64,000 nucleotides of DNA. Source: Antedon mediterranea (Eukaryota; Animalia; Echinodermata). A program made the translations under genes and the position numbers. A model generated the notes under the pieces. The model did not search any database. It was not told the DNA's origin and saw only the letters and a program-made list of their open reading frames with translations. Numbering within the stretch: the first letter of the stretch is position 1; the number at the start of each line of letters is the position of its first letter. This document shows positions 51,397 through 64,000 of this stretch, piece after piece. The stretch is from positions 15,977,881 through 16,041,880 of the forward strand of contig NC_092678.1 in the NCBI RefSeq assembly GCF_964355755.1, read 5' to 3'.

Positions 51397-54300
51397 TTAT
51401 TTATTTATTTATTTACCAGATTTCTATAGCGCCCTTTTCATGAAAACTCATGCTCAAAGGCGCTTCACATCATAAAGACAAACATCATAAGCAATAATTA
51501 CAAAAGTAACCTCAAATTATTCGAAATAAGATTTTTTAAACTAAGTTATAAATATTCTTACTGTACATTAATTAAAATCACATAAAATAGAAAAATAAAA
51601 TGAACGATATACAAAATAGGTCGGAATTTCTTAAACTACGATTACAAAAATACAATTTATTTACATATTAATTATTATTTAATTTATTTATTTTATTTAT
51701 TTATTTATTTTTTTTAATTTTAATTTAATTTAATTAAATTGATTAAAAATATTATTGCACAGTAATTGACCAAACAAATTGCAGTAGAAAAATACAAGAT
51801 TACAAAAATAGGCATCAATATACTATATACTATATTCAAATTGAAATCAATCATTGTTGTAGTATGACACAAATAAGTGTGTTTTAAGTTCCCCCTTAAA
51901 AATGTTCAAGGAAGAAGCACTGCGGAGCTGGTATGGAAGAGCATTCCATAGAGTCGGCGCGGCCTTCATGAAACACCTTTCACCATACGATTTGGTTTTA
52001 ACTCTAGGAACACATAAAGTAAAAGAATCCTGTGATCGTAATGGCCTATTTGGTTGATAAACCTTCAGCATATCATTGATGTAAGTCGGCTCCTGATCAT
52101 GCAATGCCTTGAAGGTGTGTACAAGTAACTTATACTTTATGCGTGCCTGCACCGGTAGCCAATGGAGCTCCTTTAAAATAGGTGTAATGTGGTCATATTT
52201 ACAGGTTTTCGTAATTATTCGCGCTGCCGTATTCAGGACTTTTTGTAATTTATCAATAGTTGTAGTCGGCAGACCATAAAGTAAGGCGTTACAATAGTCC
52301 ATACGAGAGATCACCAGCGACTGTATCAATGATTTCATGGCATCATGTTAGATGACGTCGGATATGAGAGATGTTACGTAAGTGCATATAACACTGCCTC
52401 GAGATCGATTGTACATGTGAATCCATAGTAAGATGTTTGTCGAATATTACTCCGAGGTCTCTCACAGTCGACGTTGGTTTTAGAACTATGTTTCCGACAT
52501 TCACGTCCAAATTTATACTGGTCTTAGTGTACCGTGACGAAAAGAGTATCACTTCCGTTTTTCCTTCATTTAATTTCAGTATGTTTTGGGTCATCCATAC
52601 CTTGACATCTGAAACACATTTTTCCATCGAAATTAGAGCAGATTGTATTTCTGACTTGTCATTTGGGCGAAAAGAAACGTACATTTGCGTATCATCCGCA
52701 TACAACTGGTAGCCGAGTCCATGTCGCCGAACGATGTCTCCAATGGGTTTTGTGTACATCGAATAAAACTTTGGTCCAAGGACCGATCCTTGCGGTACTC
52801 CATATTTAAGGGGAAGTGGATTCGAACGCGCATTATTAATGAACACTGATTGATAACGATCCTTCAGATAAGATGAAATCCATGCTAGGGCATTTCCACG
52901 TACTCCAAAATGATGATAAAGCCGTTGAAGTAGTGTCTGATGGTCGATCGTATCAATGGCGGCTGAAAGGTCAAGTAGTATAAGCGCAGAAGCGTAACCC
53001 TTGTCTAGAGACGTGATAATGTCACTTTGGACCTTCAGAAGGGCAGTCTCCGTTGAGTGAAATTTCCTGTATACCGACTGATAGCACTCATGAACGCCAT
53101 TAATTACAATGTGTTCTTCTAGGCTTGCGTCAACAACTTTTTCAAGGATTTTGGACATGAATGGTAAGTTAGATACAGGTCTATAGTTCTTGAGAGTCTC
53201 CGGATCTAGGTTACGTTTCTTTATGAGAGGTTTAAGAAGCCCATGTTTAAAATCACGTGGAACGTAACCCGTCTGTAGTGATACATTGACGATAGCTGTT
53301 ATCAAAGGCAGAAGTTCCTCAAGGCACTCCTTCAGGAGCCATGTCGGTAGAAGATCTAATTCACATGACTTACTCTTTGATTTTAGGATGATTGTTCGCA
53401 CTTCGTCTAGAGAAACCGTCGTATATTCCACTAATGGTGTTGCATCAAACGTGGTCTCTCCAGGATCTCTCTCTTGAGCATTAACTTTGTCAACATTCGC
53501 CGATATATCATGACGAATATCTGCAATTTTAGAATTAAAGAAGGAATTAAAGTCCTCGGAGAGTTCTTTGGCGCATGTGCGTTTCGGTAGAGTCGGGTCA
53601 TCAGTTTCACCGAATAGATGTCTTGACAACAACACAGCTGCCTGTGATTTCGATCACAAGCAGCTATCTTTTCAGAATAGTAATCGATTCTAGATTTATG
53701 TAGTAGTCGATTTACGATTGAGCACTGACCACGATAGTGTTGATGATCGACTGCGAGTTTGGTCTTGCGCCATTTGCGCTCTAATTTCCGTCGAAGATGC
53801 TTGGCTTCGTGGAGATGATCAGTGTACCAAGGACAATTAGGTCTCTGCACGATAACCTTAGTACGTAAAGGTGCATGTTTGTCAATTAATGATCGCAATG
53901 AAATATCTAGACTTGCCCCAAGTCTGTATATCTTTTTTTTTATTTATTTGTTTTTATTTCGACCGCGATTTTTGTCTGAAAATACAGACTTGTGAAACAC
54001 GTATAGAAATCGATTTGCAGACCGCAAACATACGATAAGAATGACGTAGGTTATCATACCGTATTTGGCTATATGGGGCGGGCGGTATGTAAATATGGAT
54101 TTCGAATCAACCAATGATCATTTTGTTTCAAAATGAAAGAGATCGAGTACGTAGGCCTACCAGTGCTTAATGTACGATCGAGACTGTTGAAATATAAAAT
54201 AGTAATGCCAAGTTGTTTTGTTTATTAATTGTTTAGTCCTTGGCCTAGGCCTCTTTCGTAGGTCCTACTCAACTCGCACGTATGACCTGCCAAATAAAAC

Positions 54301-56199
54301 GCCAATGAAGTAGGCCTACATACCACCGGAACACAACAGGGCTACACCACCACACAGAACAGGACAGGGTCTGGGTGGGAATTAAATCAAAATTATCTCC
54401 GCGTAATAAATGATCCATTCAATATTTGATTTGCGGAGAAGGTAGCCTATCATATATCAAGACGAGTTTTCATGTTTCAAAGATCCCATCAAATGTTTAC
54501 CAGACTACTAGGCATATAAAATAATTTCTAGCCTTCAGAACTTTCATCAATGTACCAAGTACACATTGTCTAAACGTAACATAGCGCATGCGCATTATCT
54601 TAGTTGTTGAGTCTTTGAAATTCTTAAATATGAATATTTAAACGGTGTACGAGAGAGTAGCCAATCGCATGCAGCTGAAACTAGTCAACCGGATAATCGT
54701 ATGCACCAAGAATTCTTGGTGTCAAACCACGTGACTTGTGCGTGTTTCCCCAGACGGAGTATCCAAAATCAAGTAGTATACGTATGAAACGCCATATGTG
54801 CCAAAATATTTATCTTTTAACTAATATTAAGACAAAACTCCGTCTGGAACCCAGACTATGAAATATCATATGTGGACAACAGTTCATCGACAGGATTTAA
54901 TAACGATGTCGAAGAGACGAATGACTGGATATCTTTCCGAAACGTATCAACATCGATGGCTCGTAACTTGCGGAAGGTAACCTTCTTATAGATCGGACTA
55001 GGTTTCGCTATAGCTGTTCTAAAATGAACGGCAAGTTGACAAGTCATTTTCCCACTTTCATCAGAAAGGCCTGGATCGGTTACTGAGATATTAGATACCA
55101 TACAGCTTGTATCCCTAACAATAACTACATCCAATGTGTGACCATGGTTGTGTGTCGGGTCCTTCACAAGTTGTTTTAGACCATGCGACTCAAGAATATC
55201 AACAAAACGCTGAGAGTTACGATCTTCCGCGACATCTAAATGGAAATTAAGATCTCCTAGAATTAGAATGTCTTTTGGAATTGTTACATACGAGGAGAGA
55301 AACGTAGACCATTCATCGAAAAAATCACTGATCTTTAGGCCGTTTACAGTAGATGGTGGCGGATGATAAACAGTGGCAACGCGCAATATCACACCATCTA
55401 TATCAACATCACAGTCCATGTATTCAAATTGAGTAAATCCTCTATCTTTGCTGGAACGTACAATTTTGGTTTTTATTGATGTTTTGGTCAATAAAGCTAC
55501 TCCACCGCCATATCGACAGGGACGTGGTATATGCTTAAAATCGTAACCTGATGGAACTAATTCTCTTATAGAGGCTTTATCAATAGACGTTCCCAGCCAA
55601 GTTTCAGTTATAGATAAAATGTCGAGATCATTAGTTGATATAAAATCATTGATAGATAGAGTTTTATTCTTGACTGACCGTGCGTTGAAACAACATACAT
55701 TAAGCTGTTGTTTAATTGGAATGTTCTTATTTACTTGACATTTCACAATGACACGGTTACGTTCATTCATATACGTCGGATAGTGTTTGTTAAAATGTGC
55801 TTTAGTTCTTTTAGTTATTCTCACGGATATCCTTCTTTTCATTTTGCAACCAGCTTTGGTCCCGCGAACTGTAGGGACTGTTCGGCATATACCAAAGGCC
55901 TTCATTGTTCTATACAGTTTACTAGGCACAGGTGTAACCGTAGCTGGCCGGCATAACTGCATGAATGCATGACTAGAATACCTAAGCATAGTTAGTTAGG
56001 CTTACCGTTACTCGAATTAAGATTTTCAAAAGCAAGTAAAATCCACCTTCCTGTTACAAATTAAATAGCGCTACAATATCTTGGTAACAACTATCATCAT
56101 CTGTACAAACTATCTACTTTATTTTGTCGTCTTATGAAATTCTATTACATATTAGTCTAGAGTAGCGAATGTGCAGCCCGTACATCAGCGCAGCCAGTC
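51397..56199 (-). mobile_element. L2-clade LINE (APE-RT ORF only, frameshifted), interrupted by a 951-bp insertion
   Basis: (TAAA)n tail; ORF pieces 54856-55989 (NARSV, ITETWL, GDLN), 53431-53898, 52343-53635 (STETALL, LDLSAA, YADDTQMY) and 51847-52338 (HITPILKELHWLP). Confidence 0.9.
53908..54858. mobile_element. Non-autonomous DNA transposon with TAG...CTA ends and 9-bp TSD (AcademH- or Mutator-like)
   Basis: TSD TGAAATATC at 53899-53907 and 54859-54867; splits the L2 ORF; only short imperfect TIR. Confidence 0.75.
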
Positions 56200-58700
56200 T
56201 ATATTTATTTAGTGATTTAGTGATGTGGTAAACAGAATAATGATCAGAAACATCGGCAATAACAACACCCGATTTTATATAATGAGTAAAAACGTTAGTG
56301 AAAATGTTATCAATTAAGGAAGCTGTTGAAGGGGTAATTCTGGTGGGTCTATCGATAAGAGGAAACATATTATGGTTATAAAAAATAGAGAGGAACTCAT
56401 TAATAATGTGATTGTCATTAGAATGTAGAAGGTCAAGATTAAAATCACCGGATATATAACATTGTTTTTCTTCAGTATTAATTTTTGTGAGACAATTTGT
56501 AAGATCATAAAAAAATGTTTCAATATTGGTACAATGAGCACGATATATATTGCCAACGACAATGTTTTTCCTACCGGGAACTGTTATTTCGATAAAGATA
56601 GATTCAGAATGATCAAAGTGCTCAGACGGTTTGTCAATTAATTTTAAATCATTCCGGATTCGAAATAAGATTGTATTATGAACATAGATAACAACACCAC
56701 CACTTCTTCTTCCACAGCGTGGTGTATTAACCAAGTTATAGTTATCTATGTGGATTAAATTGGAACCATCTTCTTTAAACCAGGTTTCTGATAAAGCTAG
56801 AATCGAAAAGGTATGCCTTAAACTAGTGATGAACGTGCTAATTAGATCAACGTTTTTATTGAAACTTCGTGGATTTATATGTAAGATGGAAAAGTCCTTT
56901 TCACATGTAGCTGAGATGTTATGATCAAAGGTATAAGAACATGAATGTGGTATGTCATAATCAATTTAATTATTAGAGTTATTTATCACATCGTTAAAGA
57001 AAAATGGATTCAATTTCAGATTTAACATTCTATTATATTCAAGGGTATTATTAAGACTGAATAAAGCAAATTTAAATTCAACGTCATCAATGTAATGGTT
57101 GAAAGGAAAGACATTTCCAGTACATTGAAAACAAAACCAGTCTTCATTAGCATTAACATCGGTATAAATACAATGTGTATGGTAAAAAGAGTTACAAATA
57201 TTACAAACAATCGTTGACTGAGACTTCTATGTCTTTTGAACAGCAATTACAATAGTTAGTCATTTACTTGAATAATATAAAATGGAATGTAATAGGTCAT
57301 TAAGTATAACGCATAATGAAATATATATGTAAAAAAAGAGTACCATACCAACATATAACATATTATACACACTTAAACACATATACTTATCTAGGCAAAA
57401 AGTGAAAAACGAAGAGGACAAGAACAATGTGTTACTGGGGAAAGGTCCATATTATGTTTGAATTTAACGTGTGGACAGATAGAAAGATCAATGAAATCTC
57501 ATACTACTTGCATTTTAAAAATTTATGAAATAATTAATTAATGTAAGAATGGAAATACAAACAATTTACAGTTTCTAACTCCATACAGTACTGCTGGCTT
57601 TGCGTAGTTCAACAAATGAAGGAAAATAAACGATTCTCATTCTAAACAGTACGGAGGTTCATTAAACAGTTGGGAAGTTCATGAAATAAACTAAATGTTG
57701 AAAATGGCAAATGAAACGACTACCGTCCGGCGTTTCGAAGTTCAAAAATGAGTTAATGTTGAAATGGAATAGTAAACAATTTACAAATTCTCTTTCCATA
57801 TTACCTTGTCAACGAAGATAGCTACCTTGGTGCCTTGAACTCGTATTTTGGCGTTCTTCAAACTGTCTATCAGCTTGTTTCAAATAGGAATGAGCCTTTT
57901 CCGTTCCTGTTGCATGGCTGTAGTAGGCAGATGTGGAACAGAAACCACCGGTTTTCCAGCGATGTTCAGCTTAGCGCGAGAAATGTAATTCAAAACGGCC
58001 TCGCGATCCTTCATTTTAAGAAATTTTGCTATGATGGGTTTAGTAGTCGTTACAGACTTGATAGGCAGACGGTGGACATTTGCAAACTCGATATCGTCAG
58101 CAGCGGTGTTTACTTTGGTCAGCACCTTCCGTAGGACATTCTCTGTGTCCTCACTTGCACTGGATTGAAAAATGTTAAAGAACAATACATTTACTTTTTT
58201 ACTGTAAAACTCCGACTCTAAGCTGCTAGCATTCAGCTCTTGAATTTTATCCTTAAGTTCTGACTTCAACTTTGGTATGGTTTCCTCCTTAATTTCAAGA
58301 ATATCCTTGTCCATATGCTTCACCCCTGTCTCCAAGTCGGCCATATCAGTTCGAATGCCTTTAATGTCTGCATTAACCTTGCTCATTTGAGACGCTAGCG
58401 CGTCAAACCGGGAGTTCATATCAGCGTCTAATTTGGTTAACAATGCATGCAAAGTATGAATGTTTACATCATTGTCTACAGGTGACTGGTCCGGTTGGCT
58501 ACTGCGGGTTGGTCTACTACTGGCCTCGTTGGTAGTCATGGTTTTAAAATTAGGAAAACCAGTAAAATAGAGCAAAATAAATCACACAATATATAATTTG
58601 TTGAGACTGTGCGTCTATAATTCTCAATTATGGTCGATAACTAGTAATTAAAGTCCAATTTGGTCGGATTTAGGACACTTTCCGCAGCACTATTTTATCC
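56200..58700 (-). mobile_element. 5' half of a CR1/Crack-group LINE (ORF1, degraded PHD-APE start of ORF2); RT portion absent
   Basis: APE motifs ALSETWF, SGGVVIY, GDFNLD and SDHY at 56200-56900; PHD remnant HTHC..WFCFQC near 57120-57245. Confidence 0.8.
57880..58575 (-). CDS. LINE ORF1 (coiled coil + RRM, L1-ORF1-like), C-terminally truncated
   Basis: YSKKVNVLFFNI, ANVHRLP and PIIAKF after a coiled coil. Confidence 0.75.
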   Translation of the reverse strand: MLYFTGFPNFKTMTTNEASSRPTRSSQPDQSPVDNDVNIHTLHALLTKLDADMNSRFDALASQMSKVNADIKGIRTDMADLETGVKHMDKDILEIKEETIPKLKSELKDKIQELNASSLESEFYSKKVNVLFFNIFQSSASEDTENVLRKVLTKVNTAADDIEFANVHRLPIKSVTTTKPIIAKFLKMKDREAVLNYISRAKLNIAGKPVVSVPHLPTTAMQQERKRLIPI

Positions 58701-61049
58701 GTGTCAGTATTAAGGATGCAGTATGGAACCGCTGGAAATTGGTAGGTCAGAAGTTATTCTGAAAATAGAGGAGGAGGGTCTAATATATTTGTACCAATGA
58801 AGCTTTCTGGTATTATTGTTCCTTGTGATAGGCCTGTCCAAAATAAAGATGAATCGGTTCAACATTGCAGTTCTGCCGGACAGTGTAGTTGAAAATGTTA
58901 GTGAATGTTCGGTTCTACTTGTGATACTGTTGATAGTCTTCATGTGGGTGTAGATCTTATTATTAGTCATTTTGACCATGATAAGCACCATACCATTTCT
59001 GATTTAATCAATACACATTCTGATAATGCATCCTCTGCATATACATTTGCTGTAGGCACGTGTGATGTTGTTCCACATATCCACTAACCCTTGCATCATC
59101 TGTTGTTTCCATCTATACAAGTTCCACCTACAAGATAGCTTCATCTTTGCATAAATGTACTTGTATGCCTAACTCACAAGCGGTGAAGTTAAGCAATTTC
59201 CGGTAGACCAAGAAGAGTGCTTTATTACAGTTTTATCCGTTTTAATTCTCTACTTGATTCTCACATCTTTTGAGGAAAAACGAGTATACAAGCGTGGAAG
59301 TTGTCATGGCTCAGTATTTACCTATGAAATTCAATGTTTACTTTATACTGTATATTTTTACCTCTTTAAGGGCAAAGGGGGTAATCAAGCGGGGAAGTTG
59401 TCACGGTCTAGTGGGTTGGTTTGTTTGCGCCGCCAACGAACCAACATACAAACCAAAGAGGAGAGCAATATTATTAATACTCAAACAAGTCCACTGGGCT
59501 ATGACAACCGCAATCCAGATCATATTGCGTATTCCAATTAAAACTGTTAAATCAAAATTATGACTACTTACAATCGACATTTTCCGACAAACTGTTGTAG
59601 TTTGGATGCGGGCTACGTTCTTTCTTTTCCAAGCAGCCCTTAACTTTTTATCGTGAGTAACTAGTCTTCAGTAGACATTAATAAGGTTATAATAAGGTGT
59701 ACTGCGTATTTCAGGAATTTGTAAATTCTACCTCTTTGTTTGAGAGTTTTCTTTCATTCCTTTGAAGGGATTTGCTCGGACTTCTTGCTGAGAAAATAGA
59801 GAGTACATTCATGCCAGGAGGCAACATTCGTGAATATGGACAGTGAATTATTGATCATGACTGCAGTGGAGTTTATAATGTATCTGGGTCTCAAATGTAG
59901 GCCCACGGATTATTCAATTGATGGCTTCTTCCCAATACGTATAGTTAAACGTCATACTGAAAATACATTGATGTACAGTCGGCTATGACAAAATATTTAA
60001 GCTCTGTCTTCACTTTCAAACTTTATGTGACTACAAAAATGTCATGTGCCATATCACTACCATGGTTGGGCACATCACACTTTTGAAGTTAAACTGACAT
60101 TTGTAGAGTCTTTTAAGATTCACCAAAGGTTAATCTTCCAATTTGTGATTTTAATCTTCACGTTTGGTTTAATAAAATAATACAGTATGAGATTTAATAT
60201 CAAATTATGAACATTCTGACCAATCTAACCATTTCCTCAAATATGATTTAATGGGCGTTTTCACACAGTCGACATGTAGATTATATTATTTAAAAAGGAA
60301 ACCGGTAAATGGTACTTGTTGGGAGAACGCTAAAAACCGTTGGTTTTTTCGATCATCCAGACCGTGGTACATGGTGCGTAAAGTTAGAATACACTGCTTC
60401 GGAATTGAGCACGTTTTGAAGTGTACACTGCATGTAAGACGGAAGAAAAGATATCTCGTAAAACGAAAGGGATGCATGGTGTTCTGTCTAACCAGCTATT
60501 TCATTTGCAAGAAACGTAAATATGTAATGATGAGCTTCACCTCTTGAAAACGCTGCATAATGATTTTAACTGTTATGGCACGTCGTCTACTAATACCTCC
60601 GCATCTCGGGACGTCCTCATGAAGGTGTAACTACATTTTTTAGAAAGAGTTTATATAGTTCTGTTAGGTACATTATTCTAACTGACAATATTCATCATTG
60701 AGCTAGGTAGGATAATAATAAACATTGCTTTTCCAAGTCCAATCATGAGTGCACTATTGGTAATAAGAAAGTTAATTGTCTCAGTTCGCCGATGACTTGG
60801 TTCTCATAGCTCCTTCTGCGTTTAGAGTACAGAATCTCATTAATGTTTGTGAACTTTTTGCTACGAATCGAGATATTTTGTACTTAGCTTAACACTATAG
60901 GTATACTTTGTAACTGACGTACATGGGACATAATAACATACACTTGGATTTTGTAGTATTGTAAACTATACTGACCTTGAATTTGTTGACTGTATAACAT
61001 ACTTGGGTCATATGATTTGTAACTCTAGTTCTGTGTATCAAAGCTAATA

Positions 61050-61940
61050 CATTAAGTTGTTGGTTTTCTGGTATTGCTTATAATTGTTATTTTCGTGGTG
61101 AAATTGTTTCTCTTTGTTTTTTGTATGATTTGTATTACATTATGCAGGACATTCTCCAAATGTTCCGTTGAAGTGAAATGTCAGTTATTTAAATCGTATT
61201 GCGTTAATGTATACTGTATGACTCTAGTGAAGGTACTGTGAACTCATTTAGAATTTACTTTAATAACGGGTTGCGTAAGCTACTGAAATTGACTATTTAT
61301 AATAACGCAAGCATGATGTTTGTAACGAATAACGCTCCCTCGAATATTCCCTATGAATATTGGAGGAACTCTATACATAGTTGTAAGAACAGAATTCATG
61401 ACAGTTGCAATAGTCTGATTCAAACCATAGTTAACGCCCTTCCAAAATACAACCTACATCAGCGTTGGTACAAATTGGGATTTTAGGATATTGTAGGTTG
61501 GTTTTGTGGAAGTTGCTTATATTGTTAATTTCCTGGTGAAATTGTTTCTTCTTGTAAATACTTTTAACGAAATATAAGTAAGAGTAAGTATAAACAAAAT
61601 GACGATCTTTATGAAGGATATCTTCTCTGTATTATAAAAAATAGTTACAGTTGCATGCGTCAATGGTTAAAACAGTTACAGTAAATTAATGTATTCTGTA
61701 TTGTAATACGTGTATTACATTATGCAAGACATTCTCCAAATGTTTCGTTCAAGTGAAATGTCAGTTATTCAAAACGTTCATGTATACTGTATGACTCTAT
61801 GGAGTAAATTCAATGAAGGTACTGTAAACTAATTTAGAGATTGCTTTAATAATGGTGCAAATTGGTATTTTAGGATATTGTAGGTTGTTGGTTTTGTGGA
61901 AGTTAATTTATGGTGAAATTGTTTCACTTTTTTTTCTTTT
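61050..61940. repeat. Degenerate ~580-bp tandem duplication
   Basis: tgtattacattatgca.gacattctccaaatg recurs at ~61131 and ~61711. Confidence 0.75.
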
Positions 61941-62288
61941 TTTATGATTTGCATGGATGTACTATCCGAACTAAATAAAATAAATGCAAGAATGAATAGT
62001 GTACCGTCATTTTACAAGTTACATTATTGGCCTAATACAACGTCATGGGATTTAGAAACAGTTAAACCTACCCTTAAATGCATAATTTCACAATTAACCA
62101 GATATACTTCCACAAAACCACAATGGAAATAAGTTAGGACCACAATGGAAATAAGTTTGCCGTCTCGGTACTTTTTTGTGTATTTATCCTATTGATTTTA
62201 TATCAGAATAAAGAAATAAATAAATATTAACAACTGTAAAGCTTTTAAATGTTTACAAGTAAGAAAAAAAATTAGAATAAACAGTTAC

Positions 62289-62360
62289 AGTGTAACCAAT
62301 GATGTCAAACCAACAAATTCAATTTCAGACAATGCAGTAATGCCGTTAATGCTTAACTCC
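62289..62360 (-). CDS. 72-nt single-LRR exon, more diverged (ELSINGITALSEIEFVGLTSLVTL)
   Basis: ttttgaAG acceptor and GTAACT donor, 72 nt, open frame, LRR consensus. Confidence 0.75.
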
Positions 62361-63015
62361 CTTCAAAATAAATACATGAACATTTGGTAAATAACAGTTC
62401 ATGAGTTGAGGTTTTCTTCTCTGGAGAAAATACTTACAGTTTGGTGTGTATGTCAGTGGACAAAATAGTGACCGTAAAATATTTTATCTGTATTGTACTG
62501 GTGTGTATATTGTCACGCCTAGATTGAAGTTAATTATATGGCTACTGAAGAAGGCAATTAAAAGTATACAGATATATAATATTAGCAATTGAATGTCTTT
62601 ATTTCTTTATGTCACTTCTTCGTGGACTTGTTCAATACCAATTACAATCCAATCATACATAAACATTCATGTGTATACTCGACTTGGTTTACTACAAATG
62701 GTGGTCAAACAGTTACGTATTGGTACGAACTTCAGCCTAACGGGCAGCAAATGGTCAATCTGTATAATTGCTGAGGTGTGACACCTCCCTTCTCTACAAG
62801 GTTGATGTGAGGTGTACTTAATACATTCCTCAGCAATTCTTATATACGGTAATACACCTGACTAGTTCTATGCAAATTACCCTTTGCGTTTAACTTTTAC
62901 TACCCGACACTTTTGTCTGTGACATATATTACGTGTCAGTGAAAATTAAAGAGGGTCTATATAACGGTACAAACATTAAAATAAGCCTAGTTGGTCGGAA
63001 CCTGTTCCGTCAGAG

Positions 63016-63480
63016 ATGGATCCTGATCAAGTTCAAACTATCAAACACGTCACAGGAAGCGTGAAAAATGTGGAAGACGCGATCAAACTTCGAAGGAAAA
63101 AATTCCAGTTGTTATTTTTGGTAATGCTCACTAACTCAAAAACACGTTTAGTGAATTGGCTTCAAATACAAGTATACCTATTCGAATACAGGGACAGTTG
63201 CCTCATGGCGCTCACTGAAACTTGACTAAATGAATCTGTTTCGGATCATGGATCACAAAATTGTTCTTATAACCTGGATGTATTAGTATTTGCTCTTCGT
63301 CCCTTTTACTTGCCAAGGGAATTCTAGCAGGTTCTAGTCACCATTATCTGTATACACTCGAAAGCAGGCTTCAAAGTAGCTAGAGTTCAACAAAGGATCC
63401 CATAAAGAGCTTTCAAAGGTATTTACACACCTTAATCATTATGTAAATGTTGCTACGAGAGAAGGCACTATAATTATTAT
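63016..63480 (+). mobile_element. Degraded LINE endonuclease fragment (Rex1/Babar-like)
   Basis: YLFEYRDSCLMALTET*LNE, and downstream RPFYLPREF. Confidence 0.6.
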
Positions 63481-64000
63481 ACTTGATAAGTGCATTTAAT
63501 TATGATATTCATTAGGCCTACTTTAGGCCTGGGTTAACCCACTGTGCAACTGTAGTGCTGTTTTTTTATTCTTCAGTTCGATTCTTCCAGGATAATTATT
63601 GTTGTATTTATTTAACCTATATAGTCGCTGGTCTCTGTAGCAAGGGAAAGGGAAACCGAAAGATACGAAGCGTTTTTTCTATATCAAAATAATACGTATG
63701 TAATGATCAACAACTGTAACAATAACATCGGTGGATTTAAGAACGACACTGAATATCTGTAATACAATACATACAACTTACAACTTAAAATACCCTTTTA
63801 TCCGCTTTGATAATAACAATTAAATCAAATAAGTTGTTATTGTTCAGTCATACCACCAAAACGCTTCACTTTAATTAACAGATTCTAACGTACCTTGATT
63901 TACGATTAAGTAAGATTTAACAGTTAAAACTATATAATTTCACAATTAACATGATTTATTTTCATTTTTGCAATTAAGAAAAAAAAAATGAGAAAAAACA

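Noticed and set aside
62438-62487. Additional minus-strand exon candidate with GTAAGT donor
   Set aside because: The 50-nt segment has no LRR or other recognisable pattern; it cannot be supported without RNA data.

Overview
AT-rich eukaryotic DNA, probably a marine invertebrate (inferred from repeat families; species not determinable). The backbone is a minus-strand gene segment with at least five 72-nt single-LRR exons in tandemly duplicated introns. These introns are swollen by nested mobile elements: a near-intact L1/Tx1, several CR1/L2 LINEs, a rearranged Gypsy remnant, stacked Helentron-type elements inside a foldback element, and MITEs. The most notable content is two related CAC...GTG DNA transposons with 4-bp TSDs (3959-9184 and 27884-40281). 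The larger one carries a spliced, inactivated transposase that follows the RAG1 layout from the N-terminal Zn domain through RING, Zn finger and GRP motif to the D-D-E core (Chapaev/N-RAG-TP type). Both have bipartite ends with 22-23 bp versus 13 bp spacers, resembling the 12/23 RSS asymmetry. No RAG2-like ORF was seen. All protein assignments come from manual motif reading, not database searches.
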